64,000 bases of DNA from Eledone cirrhosa (lineage: Eukaryota): NCBI GenBank assembly GCA_964016885.1, contig OZ024742.1, positions 193,502,001-193,566,000 on the forward strand. Direction: 5' to 3'. The position numbers and the translations under genes are program-made. The notes under the pieces were generated by a model that made no database searches, was not told the DNA's origin, and saw only the letters and a list, made by a program, of their open reading frames with translations. This document shows positions 14,615 to 28,491 of the stretch, piece after piece; the stretch's first letter is position 1; every line of letters begins with the position of its first letter.

Positions 14615-15477
14615 ACAGTTGCATTTATCTTGCTTTATGTTCATACGAGTTATCACCAAGTCACAACCAGTGACCTCAAGAGACAACAAGGTCCGCCATG
14701 TTCAACAAAGAACATACATACTCACACATGCATCTTTAGTGTTTAGACTTGTGATGTACTTATATTGACAGAATCTTCCTTAGTATATGGGCAGTTCCCA
14801 TTAGTACTATATTTTGTATTTCTCCTATACGCGGGTTTCCTGGGATTTGCGATAAGTAATCATTAGACCCCTTAGGTATCATTCCCAGAGCGCCTACAAC
14901 CACTGGCATTGTTTTAGTGCTCAATTTCCACATTTTTCCAATTTCTATCTCCAGGTCCTTATACTTGCTCAATTTTTCAAATGTTTTTATAGATACATTC
15001 TTGTCTATTGGAACAGACATATCAATTAGCAGGCATACCCTCTTTTTAAAGTCCTTCAATATTATATCAGGTCTATTTGCATCTATTTTTCGGTCTAAAG
15101 TTCCACAGGATTGAGATGTGATCTTCTTCAAGTATGGGAGGTGGTTGATGTTCCCACCAATTCTTTTGATGGGGCAGGTCAAAATGCTTACACATTATCC
15201 AATGTATATATTGTGCAACTCTGTCATGCCTGTTTAGGTATTCGGTTGGAGCTATAGGACTGCACATCGAAATTATATGATCAATTGTCTCTGGTTGTTT
15301 TTTGCATACACGGCATAATGGGCTGCATCCATTTTTTATTATGTTGGCTTGGTAATTTTTTTATGGCAGACACTGATCTTGTGCTGATATAAACAGTCCT
15401 TCAGTCTCCGATTTCAGTCCAGAGGATGCCAACCACTGATGGGTTAAAGTTTTGTCAACATCAGGATTGTTAGCTCG
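14615..15477 (-). mobile_element. R4/Dong-like family B copy B1, 5'-truncated
   Basis: RHD and RPDIILKD..IDMSVP endonuclease motifs; family B 3' UTR; (ATT)n linkers. Confidence 0.9.
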
Positions 15478-15499
15478 TTATCATTATTATTATTATTAT

Positions 15500-18400
15500 T
15501 TGAATTTATCTTGCTTTATGTTTACATGAGTTATCACCAAGTCACAACCAGTGACCTCAAGAGACAACAAGGTCCGCCATGTTCAAGAAAGAACATACAT
15601 ATTCACACATGCATCCTTAGTGTTTAGACTTGTGATGTACAGAATCTTCCTTAGTATATGGGCAGTTCCCATTAGTACTATCTTTTGTATTTCTCCTATA
15701 CGCGGGTTTCCTGGGATTTGCGATAAGTAGTCGTTAGACCCCTTAGGTATCATTCTCAGAGCGCCTACAACCACTGGTATTGTTTTAGTTCTCAATTTCC
15801 ACATTTTTCCAATTTCTATCTCCAGGTCCTTATACTTGCTCAATTTTTCAAATGTTTTTATAAATACATTCTTGTCTATTGGAACAGACATATCAATTAG
15901 CAGGCATACCCTCCTTTGAAAGTCATTCAATATTATATCAGGTCTATTTGCATCTATTTTTCGGTCTGTTTGGATGCTAAAGTTCCACAAGATTGAGATG
16001 TGATCTTGTTCAAGTATGGGAGGTGGTTGATGCTCCCACCAATTCTTTTGTTGGGGCAGGTCAAAATGCTTACACATTATCCAATGTATGTATTGTGCAG
16101 CTCTGTCATGCCTGTTTAGGTATTCGGTTGGAGCTATAGGACTGAACATTGAAATTATATGGTCAATGGTCTCTGGTTGTTTTTTGCATACACGGCATAA
16201 TGGGCTGCACCCATTTTTTATTATTATGTTGGCTTGGTAATTTTTTGTTGGCAGTCACTGATCTTGTGCCGATATAATCAGTCCTTCAGTCTCCGATTTC
16301 AGTCCAGAGGATGCCAACCACTGATGGGTTAAAGTTTTGTCAACATCAGGATTGTTAGCTCGCTCTGGGTATTTTCCATACAGAGGCTTTTCTTTCCATT
16401 TCTTAGCCAGTTTCTGTAGCAGTTCTTTCTTTGCAGTTACTTTTACCTGCTTTGCTTTTTCTGTGTTTTCCATTTCAGCAGTAAATGGGACTTCTGAAAT
16501 TTGTAGTCCATTACTGTATCTTTGTGCATCTTTTGTAATGGAATATGATCTTTTGGTGCTTTCGTGTTTCAAAACGAGTTTGATCATGCAATCATGTGAT
16601 TCCCTTAGATATGTGGATAATCCAATTGTTGCAGTTTTCAACGCAATGTCTAACTGGATTAACCCACGACCTCCTTCTTTCCTAGGGAGATATATTCTAT
16701 CTATGTCTGCCTTAGGGTGATGCATTCTGTGCATGGTTAAGAATTTTCGGATTTTTGTATCGAGCCTACGGATCTCTGTGCTTGACCAGTTGTTGACATT
16801 GTAACTGTAGGTTACTACTGGTATGGCAAGCGTGTGTATGGCATCGATCCTATTCCTTGCATTCAATTCCGTTCTTAAGATTGCTCTGACTCTGCGCTAA
16901 CATTCCTTCCTTATCCTTTCCCTCATTGTCGAGTGCTTGATCCCGTCTCCTTCACAAACACCTAGATATTTGTAAGTTTTTTCTTGATCAAGCTCTCTTA
17001 TCATGTTCCACCGATCAAGATTAATGTCTGAACTCTTCAGCAGCTTTCCTCTGGTGAACGTTGCTTTGGCGCATTTATCCAGTCCAAACTCCATTTTAAT
17101 GTCATCACTGAACTGCTTCACAGTGGATAATAGCCCTTGCAATTGTTCATCATTTTTTGCAAATAGTTTCAGGTCATCCATGTAGAACAGGTGATTAATG
17201 GTTTTGTCATAGACTCTATATCCATGTTTTGTTTCATTGAGCATTTTACTTAATGGTATGAGTGCGATGCAGAATAAAAGCGGTGATAAAGTGTCACCCT
17301 GAACAATTCCACAATTAATGTTAACTTCTCCAGCTTCCAGTGATTTTGTTTCACTATTCAAAAGGAGTGTCGTTCTCCATGTCCTCATACTGAATGACAA
17401 AAACCTCCTGACAACGGGGGATATTTTGAAAATCTCTAAACATTTTTCAATCCAACTGTGTGGCAAACTATCGAATACTTTTTTATGATCTATCCAAGCA
17501 ATCGATAGATTTTTGTGTCTATTATGACAATCTTCCAGTATCATTTTGTTAACCAGAAGCTGATCCTTACAGCCATATGAGCCTCGTTTACACCCTTTCT
17601 GCTCAATGGGAAATAAGTCATTTGTTATCAGGTGGTCATATGTGTATTCAGTTAGGACTGATGTTAAAATTTTATACATTGTGGTCAAGCAGGTTATCGG
17701 TCTGTAATTTTTGGGATTGTTTGTCTCATCATTCTTCGGTAGCAGGAATGTAATGCCGTTAACTAGCCATGATGGTATCTTTTCTGGCTCCTTAACTATT
17801 TCATTGTAAAGTTGGGCTAACAGCTCATGAGACTCTGTGAAGGCATTTATCCAAAAGTTTTGTATTTTGTCTTTTCCTGAGGATTTCCATTTGCTGGTTT
17901 TTCTTAGAGCCAAGCGCAGCTGTTCAACTGTTATATTTTCCCATGTTTGTTCTTCAAGGTGAGCTGTTTCTTTCATTTGTCTGTCTGTCCATGGGGCATG
18001 TATGTTATGAACTTTTTCTTCGGCCCAGATCTTTTCCCAGAACTCTTGCACTTCCTCCTTGGGTGGTATTGATTTAGCAGTTATTGTTGACATACCAATG
18101 TTTCTGTAGAAGTTTATTTGGTTGTTTTTGAACATATTATTGTCCTTATAGAATCTAGATCGTTTTTCAAAGCGCCTTATACGAGCAGCTTTGGCCGACA
18201 CTTTTTGCTTGATTGTTTCTATCAGCATGTCTATGTCACATGTTGATCTTATACTGTACTTTTTTTTCAATTTTCTAAGTTTAGTTTGTTTAACATGTTC
18301 ACCTACTTTATAGTTTGTTAAAATGTCTATGTCAGATCGGAGAAGGTTTATTTGGCGATTGATGTTATCTAGCCAAGTAGATTTCTTGTGGGAATTCCTC

Positions 18401-19333
18401 TGTTTTTTCATCTTCACGATCATTTACGATCTCATTATTTTCATTTGGAGTTTCATCCTGAGCATGCACTCCCTCCACTTTTTCGCTCCTTTCTTTAATT
18501 TGTTCTGTTGCCAGTGATTCCGCCCCAACCCTGGGATTCGAAGTGTTACAGTTTACCTCGTTTTCACTGACACATGCTTCATTTTCCCTTCGCTGACTTT
18601 GTGCTACTAGCTTGATCTGATCAATTTCTATATCAGTTAGTAACATTTTTCTTACAATATTTCTTCGTATATTGGCTAGTTTGTTACTGTCAATATAGCC
18701 TCTGTTTTCGGGATGTTTCTTTTTCCAGTTGATATATGTTTGTTCTGTATTCGATGTAATTGATGGGTAGTACATGGCAGTGTAGAAAGCCTCAAGGACT
18801 TCTTTATTATCTTCCCTTGACCATTTTTCTCTCTTTTTCTTTGGATTTCTTGGTGGTGAGCATGGAGGGCCAACAGTAGGAGTATTCCGGTTATGGGAGG
18901 TCTCCAGCTCCGAAGTGATGGGAAGGTTTGAACCATTAGCTGATTTTTCGACCCCAGTCTGGTTCCTCTCTGAGGGACGCGGCCCATTTTTACCCGGGTG
19001 ACGGCCGATCCGGTATGAGATTTTATCATTAGACATTTACTTTATTTTGTCGCGTTTTATCCTTATCCGCCAAGGGGTAATCATTTCGTGTTACCACTTC
19101 TAGAACGAGTGTCAACCAAGACTAGCGGGGTCGTTCTCCCCTAGAGACATGGCTATTCCCCGCCGGCCGCCATCCCGGTATTTCTTGGTCACGGGGTTTT
19201 CTTTTTGTTGTTTTTTTTAAATTGTTATTATCATGAGTGGTTCCTTAATGTGAGCATTGCGTGGCTTAAGAATGAAATTATTAATAATTGTCTCCACTCC
19301 AGGCACAAGGCCAGCAATCACCCAGTGCATTAC
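15500..19333 (-). mobile_element. R4/Dong-like family B copy B2, full length with frameshifts and a ~250 bp deletion near 18420
   Basis: ORFs 18365-19036 (Myb-like REKWSREDN), 16897-18423 (RT: QGD.LSP, FYMDD), 16255-16866 and 15583-16149 (endonuclease). Confidence 0.92.
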
Positions 19334-20129
19334 AATAATATAATATACTTTTTGTTGTAGTTGGCTGTTATTGCTGCTGGCTATGGCGGTGGTGGTGCCG
19401 GGGCTTTTTATATTGTTGGTGAGGAAGGGGTGATCCAGCAGTCCCATAATTGTTGATGTAGACGTTTGGCCGTGGCAAGTCAATCTATTATATCTTTTGC
19501 TAGCCTCTCTCTTGTCTAGTGCTACCGCCACCTTCCCTTTTCTCTCTCAATTTAACAGGGGAATAGTGTCAGTAACATTGAATGAGTGTTGGCGGCGATG
19601 ATGGATGTGGTGGGGTGGTGGCAGCGGTGGTGTTGTGGTTACTGATATAGTATCTATGAGTTTGTGTTCGTATGTTTAATATATATTTTCATTATATTTT
19701 GTGTTGACATATTCCCGTAAAATTTGAATTAAACATGTTTTAAAATTTGAGACAATAATAATAGTAATTATTATTATGATGCCGGTGAAATTGCCGTTAT
19801 CTGGCTGTTATATTTAGTGTGATGGGATAGGTAGTGTATCAAGTTTCTGGTGTTGGTGAAATTGAAATTGCCGCTGTTCTATATAGTGTAGACAGAGGGT
19901 GTTTTGTTCCATTTATAACCATTTTCTTTTTTTGAATACAAAATATATAATACAAAATTGAATATTTGAGCGATACAACAATATAATATGGATCTGAAAC
20001 TTTATGGGACCTCATTCGGTGCCTTTATGCAACATTTGTGCTAAGAATTGTTCTTTCACAATTGATTTAAATATGTTAAAAATCAAAAAACTTACGGGAG
20101 CAATTTCGTGACGTTCTACCACCTCGTGC

Positions 20130-20149
20130 GTCTTCTTCCCCTTCTTCTT

Positions 20150-20236
<87 letters not shown>
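20130..20236. repeat. Compound (CTT)n(ATT)n microsatellite
   Basis: Seen directly in sequence. Confidence 0.95.
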
Positions 20237-23200
20237 GGCGACCTACGTAGTAAATCGTATCATCGTGAGCTCCGCAAAGGTTTGTTATTTCCGTTTGTTA
20301 AAAATTGCCATTTATGGAAAATTTTTATTGTTAACCATATATAAGCGCACATACATTGTTTTCCGAAAAGGACACCCAAAAAGATTGGAGCCTTGTGCCC
20401 AAAATTTTAACTTTTATTATTATCAAAAAATTTCTTTGAAAAAAAAATGGCTAATTCACCTCTGCACGAAGCAGCTGAAAGCCTTTCTCACAAATTAACA
20501 CCTCACACCGACACCACCATTGTAAATGTTACTACGTTTGCCAACACTAAAAAAATATAAGCACTAGCAATATTTTAAATTTGTCTCATTTGACATTCAT
20601 TTCCCGCCATTACCAATGACTGCAGGTGTTAAAGCCTCCACCACCACCACCACCGCGACAACCATCACCCCCACCACCACCGCGACAACAGAAACAAAAG
20701 AAGAAAAAAATTAATTAACTCGTGATGTCGAAATGAAATCAAGCAAAATGGACTCTTTCCCACCAAAGACGACTGACGTCACCACCACCACAACTGAAAC
20801 TAAAATTAATATTAACACAAATAACGATAGCAACAACAACAACAATGACATTATAAAATCGACCTTCAGTTTCGCGAGAGTAGCAAAACAGTTCGAAGCA
20901 TTTACGGTAACTCAGGAGGATTTAGAAAATGCCAAACAAATGGTAAAGAAAGATGGGTACAGCGTCAGCCTCACCCCCACCTAATAAAATGGAGCATCGG
21001 CGCCTATGCACCGTGTGGTATCGAACAATAAATGTAAAATTGCGCCGAGTGGAACGGGCATCCGAGTCCCAAATCCAAAAAGCTTTGGGAAATGTGTGGG
21101 CAAGAAAAACCCACATCAGACGTGGGCAAAAGTATGGAACCGTGGACGTGTTCTTTGAAACACCAGAGGAGGCTAGAGAACACTCCATGGCCCCATTAAG
21201 AAGTGACGACTTCACACTCGTCCCAAGCTATTGTGGCCAGAGACTCGTAAAGATCAGGGTGACCCACGTTCCACCGGCCATCGAAATTCCCTGGCTAATA
21301 GCGGCCGTCCTCGCCGGCATCGAAGCCAACACAAAAATAATAGCAATAGCAAAAGAAAAGCAATAGAACTGGTCTGGATCTGGGATGGAGCTCCTGATGC
21401 AAGCGGACCAAAAAAGCATTGAGGAGATCCCAGAGGTAATAGACCTCACTGACGGCAGCCACCTCACGGGAATTGTCGAGGGCAGAAGACCTAGGTGTGT
21501 CGTTTGTGGTGAAGGAACCCACCTAAGGGCTTTCTGCCCTCAGGCTAAAAGGTTGAGGCCACCTCTCTTACCCACCCCAGTGACACAACCATCAACACCA
21601 CCAGTAGCAGAGATGGCCGCAACAACTGTAGCAGCAACAACAGAAGCAACTATAACAGCAACAAGCCCAGCAACAGTAGCAAAACCAACACCCCCACCAC
21701 CACCAGCAAAACCAACACCACCACCACCCAACGCTTCAGAACTAGCACCAGCGCCTACACCATCCACCACGCCACAACCAAAACTAACGCCTGTGGAGGA
21801 TTTTCCACTCCCCGGCCTATCGCAACTGGAGACAGATTGTGACGACGAGGAGTGGGAAACGATATCCGGAAAAAAAAAAGAAACCAAAAAAGAAAAGATT
21901 CTCTTCCTTCCCCCTCCAAAAACAAAATACAGAGGGAAACAAATAAACTAAGAAACAAAAAAGTTAGGACAGATATACCACCATCCACACCAGCATCACC
22001 AACCCCATCAACCCAAACACCAACACCATCACCATCATTAACCCCAACACCACCATCACCTACACCACAAAAGTCACCAAAATGCGAAACAGAAACAAAC
22101 CTACAACAAACGCAAACAAAACAAAACAACCAAAACGATAAACACTACACAGCATTAAATTTGAACAACAAGCAATTATTACACTACATCCAACACAACA
22201 CCAGCATCACAGAAACAGACTACACAACAACCCCAAAATCCACACCACCTCCACACATACAAATCACTCGCATCACACAGAAAACGTACATGACACTAAA
22301 ACAAAAATTCCCCAAAGACATCGGAGACTTCCGACAAGCACTCTCCAGGAGGATTTATAAGGACATCCTTCCTGAGGAGGCCACAAGCAGTAAAAAGGAT
22401 GGAAAAACCGTCCTTCCCCTACGAGAAGTAACGTAAGTGGTATTCCCATCTTTTCCACTCCTTTTCAACATGACCTCACTCAGAATAGGCAGCATAAATG
22501 CGCGTGGCTTGGGGTCGTCATGGAAGCAGGGCCACCTGCTCAACGACCTCAGGTAACTAAACATAGATGTAGTGGCCATCAGCGAGACCAGAATCTCCGA
22601 AGCACAGGCTTTCGCACCGATCTTCGGCGGCTACGATGTGTACACATTTCCCAGCCGTCCGGGATCGGGGGGTGGAGTTGCTGTGCTTTTTCGGAGAGGT
22701 TTGGATCTTGCCATACGGGCCATTGTCCTGGACCCAGAAGGTAAGTTGGTGGTGCTGGACGTGACCAGCGGAGACGGGCAAGCTTTCAGGTTAGTGGCCG
22801 TCTATGCCCCGACAGGAGCAGGGCGGCCTGATTTCTTCCGGCGTCTTGAGACCTTTCTTGGAACGTCCCGCTCTTTAGTGTTAATGGGCGACTGGAACGG
22901 GATCTTAGATGCACGCTGGGATTGTGTGGGATTAGTGGATAGGGAAGGAGGGTGCAAGAGTCTCACCAACCTGCTCAGACGTTTTGAACTGTCTGACAGG
23001 TACCGAATGGATTTCCCGAATGTACCAATGTGGACTTGGACAAATCGCATAGGGTCATCCAGATCATATCAAGATAGAGTATTTTGTAGGGAAATAGATA
23101 GGTCTAGCATAGGCTGTCCACAATTCAAGATATTCAGCTACACGGGCCACAAATTCGTGATCTGTGTGCTTGACTTAGATAGGCTTCATAGACGAGGACC

Positions 23201-26131
23201 CGGCTTATGGAAGCTAAAACGTCCTTACCAGCGCGCAAGGCCTACAGAGACCGTATTAGCGAACTAGTTAAGCTGGCGTTGATGGGTGCCATCGTCAACA
23301 ACAAGTGGTGGTTTGCTCTGAAAAGAGCGATTAGAATAGAGTCCATTAGGTTTAGTAAGACTTTAGCAATAGAGAAAAATAGAGCAGGGGGAGGTCTAGT
23401 TAGAAAATTAGACGAGGCGCTTAGCAAAGGCATTGCGACCGACGTACTTGCGGCGAAATTGGCCCTTGACCAATTCTTCAATGCAAAGCACGGAGGCTGC
23501 GTTGTCAGAGCTAGGGTGCGTGCTCTCAGACACGAGGGGACGAAAGCCGTTCAATGGGCCCGAGTGGCGGTGGCGCGTCGTGGAAACAAAGCCACGATCC
23601 GGTCTTTGGTGGACCACGACGGGCGCATGCTACTCGATCCCGGGCAAATGTGTGAAGCTTTTCAGCGACACTTCGCTCAACTGTTCGGGGGCAGCGGGGG
23701 GCCGGGTAGAGGGATGGACTTTAGTGTCTACCTCGACGGACTGCCGCGGCTTTCGGCCACTGAGGCGGAGTGTTGCGAAAAGCCGATAACAACCGCTGAA
23801 GTACGGGATGCAATGACTAGTTGCACAAGGGGTAAATCGCCTGGTTTGGATGGTCTGCCCTATGAACTTTACGTACAAATGCCAAACTTGTTCGGAGGCC
23901 TCTTGGCGGACGTCTACTGCAACTGGCAACAGAACGGGAGAATTCCCAGCTCTGTGAGCCGAGGAGCGGTGGCGCTGCTGAGAAAGGATCCGAACAAGGG
24001 GGATAACATAGATCATTTTAGGCCCATAACTCTGCTAAACACAGAGTTCAAGATTTTGGCCAAGGTGCTAGCAAAGAGGTTGGCGCTTGTCGTTGGTGGT
24101 CTGGTGGGAGAGGCACAGACATGCGCCATTCCCGACAGATCCATCCACGACAACCTCCACCTCATGCGATACATCGTAGAGAGGGTAGCTAGGGAACCTG
24201 GCACGGGTGGGTCTTTGATCAATTTAGATCAGTCGAAAGCCTTCGATAGGGTCGACCATCGTTACCTAGAGGCAGTCCTGAGGGCGGCTGGCTTTGGGCC
24301 CGTCTTCAGAGGCTGGATCGCTGCCATGCACAGCAACATATGCTCTGTAGTGAGAGTGAACGGTCACCTTTCGGAACCGTTCAACATCATGCGCTCGGTC
24401 CGCCAAGGATGTCCCCTCTCGTCCCTATTGTACGTATTGACTCTCGACCCATTACTGCACAAACTGGAGACGTTGAGGGGGATCCCGCGCGAACTAGGAT
24501 GCGGAAGATCCGTGTCAGCATATGCGGACGATGTCACCGTACGATGTCGAACGCCAAACACATCGAGGCGATCGGCACTACACTAAGAGAATACGAAGCG
24601 GTGACAGGAGCAATGATCAACCAGGAAAAGTCAGTGGGCCTGCAGCTCGGCACCTGGAGAGGCAGGTCCATGCCGTCCAACAGTGTCGTCCGGCGCTGGA
24701 CGGACGGACTGGTTAAATTGCTAGGGGTCTGGTTCGGTCCAGACCTCCAGACGGACAAAAACTGGGACGAGGTGACGAGCAGGTTGGTTTCTCTCACCCA
24801 GAAATGGGCCGAGAGGAAGCTATCCCTGAAAGGTCGAGCTGAGGTGGCTAACGCGTACATCGCGTCCGTCATCTACTACCGCCTGACCGTCGTACCTTGT
24901 CCTAAGACACGCCTGACTGCGCTGGAGCGTTTGCTCTTTCGCTTCTTGTGGAAGGGACGTGCTCCGATGGTCAGGCGGTCCATCTGCTGTCAACACCCGC
25001 TACGTGGAGGGCTGGGCATGCCGTGGCCGATGATGCGCAGACACACGCTCAGGCTACGACATCTCCACCTCTTCCTCGACGGTGATCAGGTGTGGTTGCC
25101 GTTTGCTAGACGCGTTTTTCCCCAGCTCGTCTCCTTGACGGAGCTGCAGTCCTGGGTCAAGCGAAGACCGAGTGGGAGCGCTTGGAGACTGGAATGTCTT
25201 CAGGCGCTCACAGCCCTCGACCAATCGGGCAATGTGATCGGTGGAAACTCCACCTTGGCGTTCTATAGGGGATTAGTGGAGGGGAAGAGCGACAACATAC
25301 TTGGAGAAACTCGAGGCGTCGACGAAAATCAACTAGCCAATCTCTTCGGAAGGACTTTCGGCATGGGGCCTATGGACAACTTCCAGAAATCCCTGGCCTG
25401 GCAGTGCTACCGGGGTGCTTTGCCAGTTCGGGATAAACTTTACAGGCACGGCGGTGCCGTCAGCCGTGCATGTCCGTGATGCACACAGGGCGACGAAACC
25501 GTCCTGCACGCACTCCTCCAGTGTCCGAGCATTGCTGACTTGTGGGTTTATGTCGAACACCTGCTGTCACGTTTAGGACGGATCCAGCTATCAGCTGAGT
25601 CCATCGTGAGGATTGCCCCGCCCCCTTCCTTTAGCCGGGTAGGGCAGGCAGTTTTTATCTGTCTATGGCCATGGCGAAAGAGATAGTATGGTGGACACGT
25701 TTGAAAGGGCTGAAGACGAGCACTTACCTCTTCGGTGATGCCCTGATTAACTTTTTCAAATTTCATTTGAAAAGGAAAATCAGGGTAGAGAGGGAAGTGC
25801 TCTCTTCCCAGCATTTTGTTGAAAGATGGGTGAGAGAAGCAAGTATGGCCCGAATGAATGGGCCTTCTCTGAGTATGTGTCTGTAAATTAAAGGTGGAAA
25901 ACTGGGAGAGGGCACTTGCCCTGGTGGTCAGGGCCACTGTGGTCTTTCAATGGGCTTTCTCCACAAATGTCCCTCGGAAGTCTCCCCCCTATTGGGGAAT
26001 TTGTCTTTGTTAATTTATTTCATCCTCTGTTTTTTTTTACACGCAGCAATGCCCATTTGTACCGTCCTTTATTGTGCTGTACTGTCCTTAAGGTCTACTT
26101 TATGTAAACCCTTGTGGTTAATAAAGAAATC
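20237..26131 (+). mobile_element. L1/Tx1-like LINE copy T3, full length, disrupted
   Basis: ORF1 pieces with CVVCGEGTHLRAFC knuckle; ORF2 from ATG 22470 to 25886 in pieces (APE, YADD RT, C-terminal Zn finger); (ATT)n at both ends. Confidence 0.93.
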
Positions 26132-26362
26132 ATTATTATTATTATTATTGAATGCCCTGGTTGACGGAGGCTCGGCTCTGTAAGGTATAGTAATTTTTAA
26201 CCGTTAAAACAATTGTAAATTGTTTAAAACTTGAACCAAATTGTTGATAAAGACACCCTCCTCCTCGTGAGAGGGGTCTTTCTGTCCGTTATTTGGCCCT
26301 TCGGGGTTAAATAACCAGTTATTGGGGTTTTGTACCCAAAATTTCATTTTAAACAAAAAAAC

Positions 26363-28457
26363 ATGGCTACCAAAAAGAAATTTCATACGTCACTCCCACT
26401 CATTCCGTCTTCTTCTTCCTCAATCATCACTACAGCAGAGAGAAGATTGTCTCTCTCCCTCCCTTCTTTAAATGTGTCTCTCTCCCTCCCTTCTCTTTCG
26501 CAAGCGACGAAAGAAAAGAAAAGTCTCGTGCAAAGCGTGCAAGGTTTCTCCACGACGACGACGACAGCGACGAAACAGGTGTGCGGGAAATACGAAAACC
26601 CAGTTCATTCGTCTGACGTCAGGAATAATAGCAGTAGCAGCCGTAATAACAACAGCAACAGTGACAATGAAAACAACAGTAGCAGCCGCAACAGCATCAC
26701 CAGCAGCATAAACAACAACAGCATTAGCAGCAGCAACACCAACAACAACCACAGCGACAGCGGCGGAGGCAGTAGTCGTAGTACCTGCAGCAACAAAAGT
26801 ACCAGCAGCTCTGACGACAACAACAACAGCAGAGAAAAACCAATCTCATTTGCAGGTATTGCGAAAAACTTGGAAACAATACTCATAACAAATGAGGAAT
26901 TAGAGGAAGCGAAGAAGATGGTGACAAAGAATGGACACCGAGCAATCTGCAAGGCAGCGAAAAATTTTTTCGAAACCCAAGAGCACTGTACGGTCACGTA
27001 CCGTACAGTAAGTACAAAATCCCGTAGGGTGGAAAGAGCCACAGAGGCCCAAATACAAAAAGCCTTGGGATCTGTGTGGCAGCGGAAAACGCACATCACC
27101 CGAGGCAAAAAATATGCCACCGTAGACGTACTTTTTGCCACACCCCAGGAGGCAAAGGCCCAATCAGTAGTGACCCTAAGGAGCGAGGAAATGGTGTTGG
27201 TGCCCTCCTACTGCGGGCAAAAAATTGTGAGGGTCAAACTGACCCACGTCCCCCCCCGGAATGACCCCTTCTTGGCTGGCCGCGTCAGTCCTAATCGGAA
27301 TCGAGGACAAAACAACTGTACTGCAAGTACAGAAAAAAGTAAGAGAAGATTGGGTCGGCTCCTCCATTGAGATGCTAATCCAAACCAACCAGGAGTGCAT
27401 CGAAGCTATCCCGGATGTGATAGACTTCGATAACGGCACTCAACTGCCCATAAGTGTTGAGGGCAAACGCCCGAAATGCTTTCGCTGTGGATCGAAGACT
27501 CACCTCAGGGCCTTCTGCAACGAGAAGACCCTGAGAAAGGAGAAAACCCCCCTCCTTCCGAATCCGGCTCCACGGCTACCAGCAACAGGACAAGCGGCAA
27601 CCAGGAACGATAGGTCCGTGGCACCCATACCCACTCCACGGAAATCAAAGACAGCAGCAGCAGTGGAAATATTAACAACAACAACAGCAATACCAAATGC
27701 AGCTGCAACAGAGACTCCAGTGCAAACATCACCAACAACAACAAGTGAAAGAGTGGAGATGGTACCCCTCCCCGACCTTACAGAATCAGACATGGAGTGT
27801 GAGGTGGGAGAGGGATGGCAAAAGGTCGCAAGAAGGCACAAACGCAGAAGCAGCGCATCGTCGCCTTTGAAAAGGGAGGAAAGAAATGAGAAAAGGGTAA
27901 AGTCTACTGCAAAGAGACCCACAGCAGCAACACCACCAACACCATCACCACCCACACCAGCACCACCATCACCACCGGCGACAACCCCACCGCCAACAAC
28001 ACCTTCAACACCACCACCACAAGCACCAACATCGCAAACACAACAACAAAACACACACACCCAGCAACAACGACAAGAAAATAGCAGAACCACACCCCAC
28101 CCCCAGAAAAACAAATGCACGGCAATAAACACACACAACAAGAAACTAATGACTTACATAATTGAACACACAGACATTTCACAACAGGACTACATAATAC
28201 CAGCACCAATCAAAACGCCAACTAACATAAGACTGCTAAAAATAGCACAGAAACAATACACAAACATTAAAACGAAATTCCCCAACGCAGTTGGTGATTT
28301 CAGGGACCTAGGAGGAACCATCAATCGAAGAGTATATTCAGACATTCTCTTAGAAGAGCCGACGACCAGCCGAAGGGACGATTCAACGGTCCCTTCACCA
28401 GACGATCAAGTGAAAAGGGATGTAAAAACCATCCCTCCTCTACCAAAAGTACGGTAA
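26363..28457 (+). pseudogene. T4 ORF1: gag-like protein with CCHC zinc knuckle and Ser/Asn- and Pro/Thr-rich tracts
   Basis: ORFs 26330-27370 and 27261-28457 are joined by a frameshift at the C run near 27250; CFRCGSKTHLRAFC fits CX2CX4HX4C. Confidence 0.85.
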
Positions 28458-28491
28458 GTGGTCTTTCCCATCTTTTCCACTCTATTTAAAC

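Noticed and set aside
27500-28209. Gly/Val-rich minus-strand ORFs
   Set aside because: Antisense shadows of the Pro/Thr-rich T4 ORF1; other short ORFs opposite the RT genes are shadows too.
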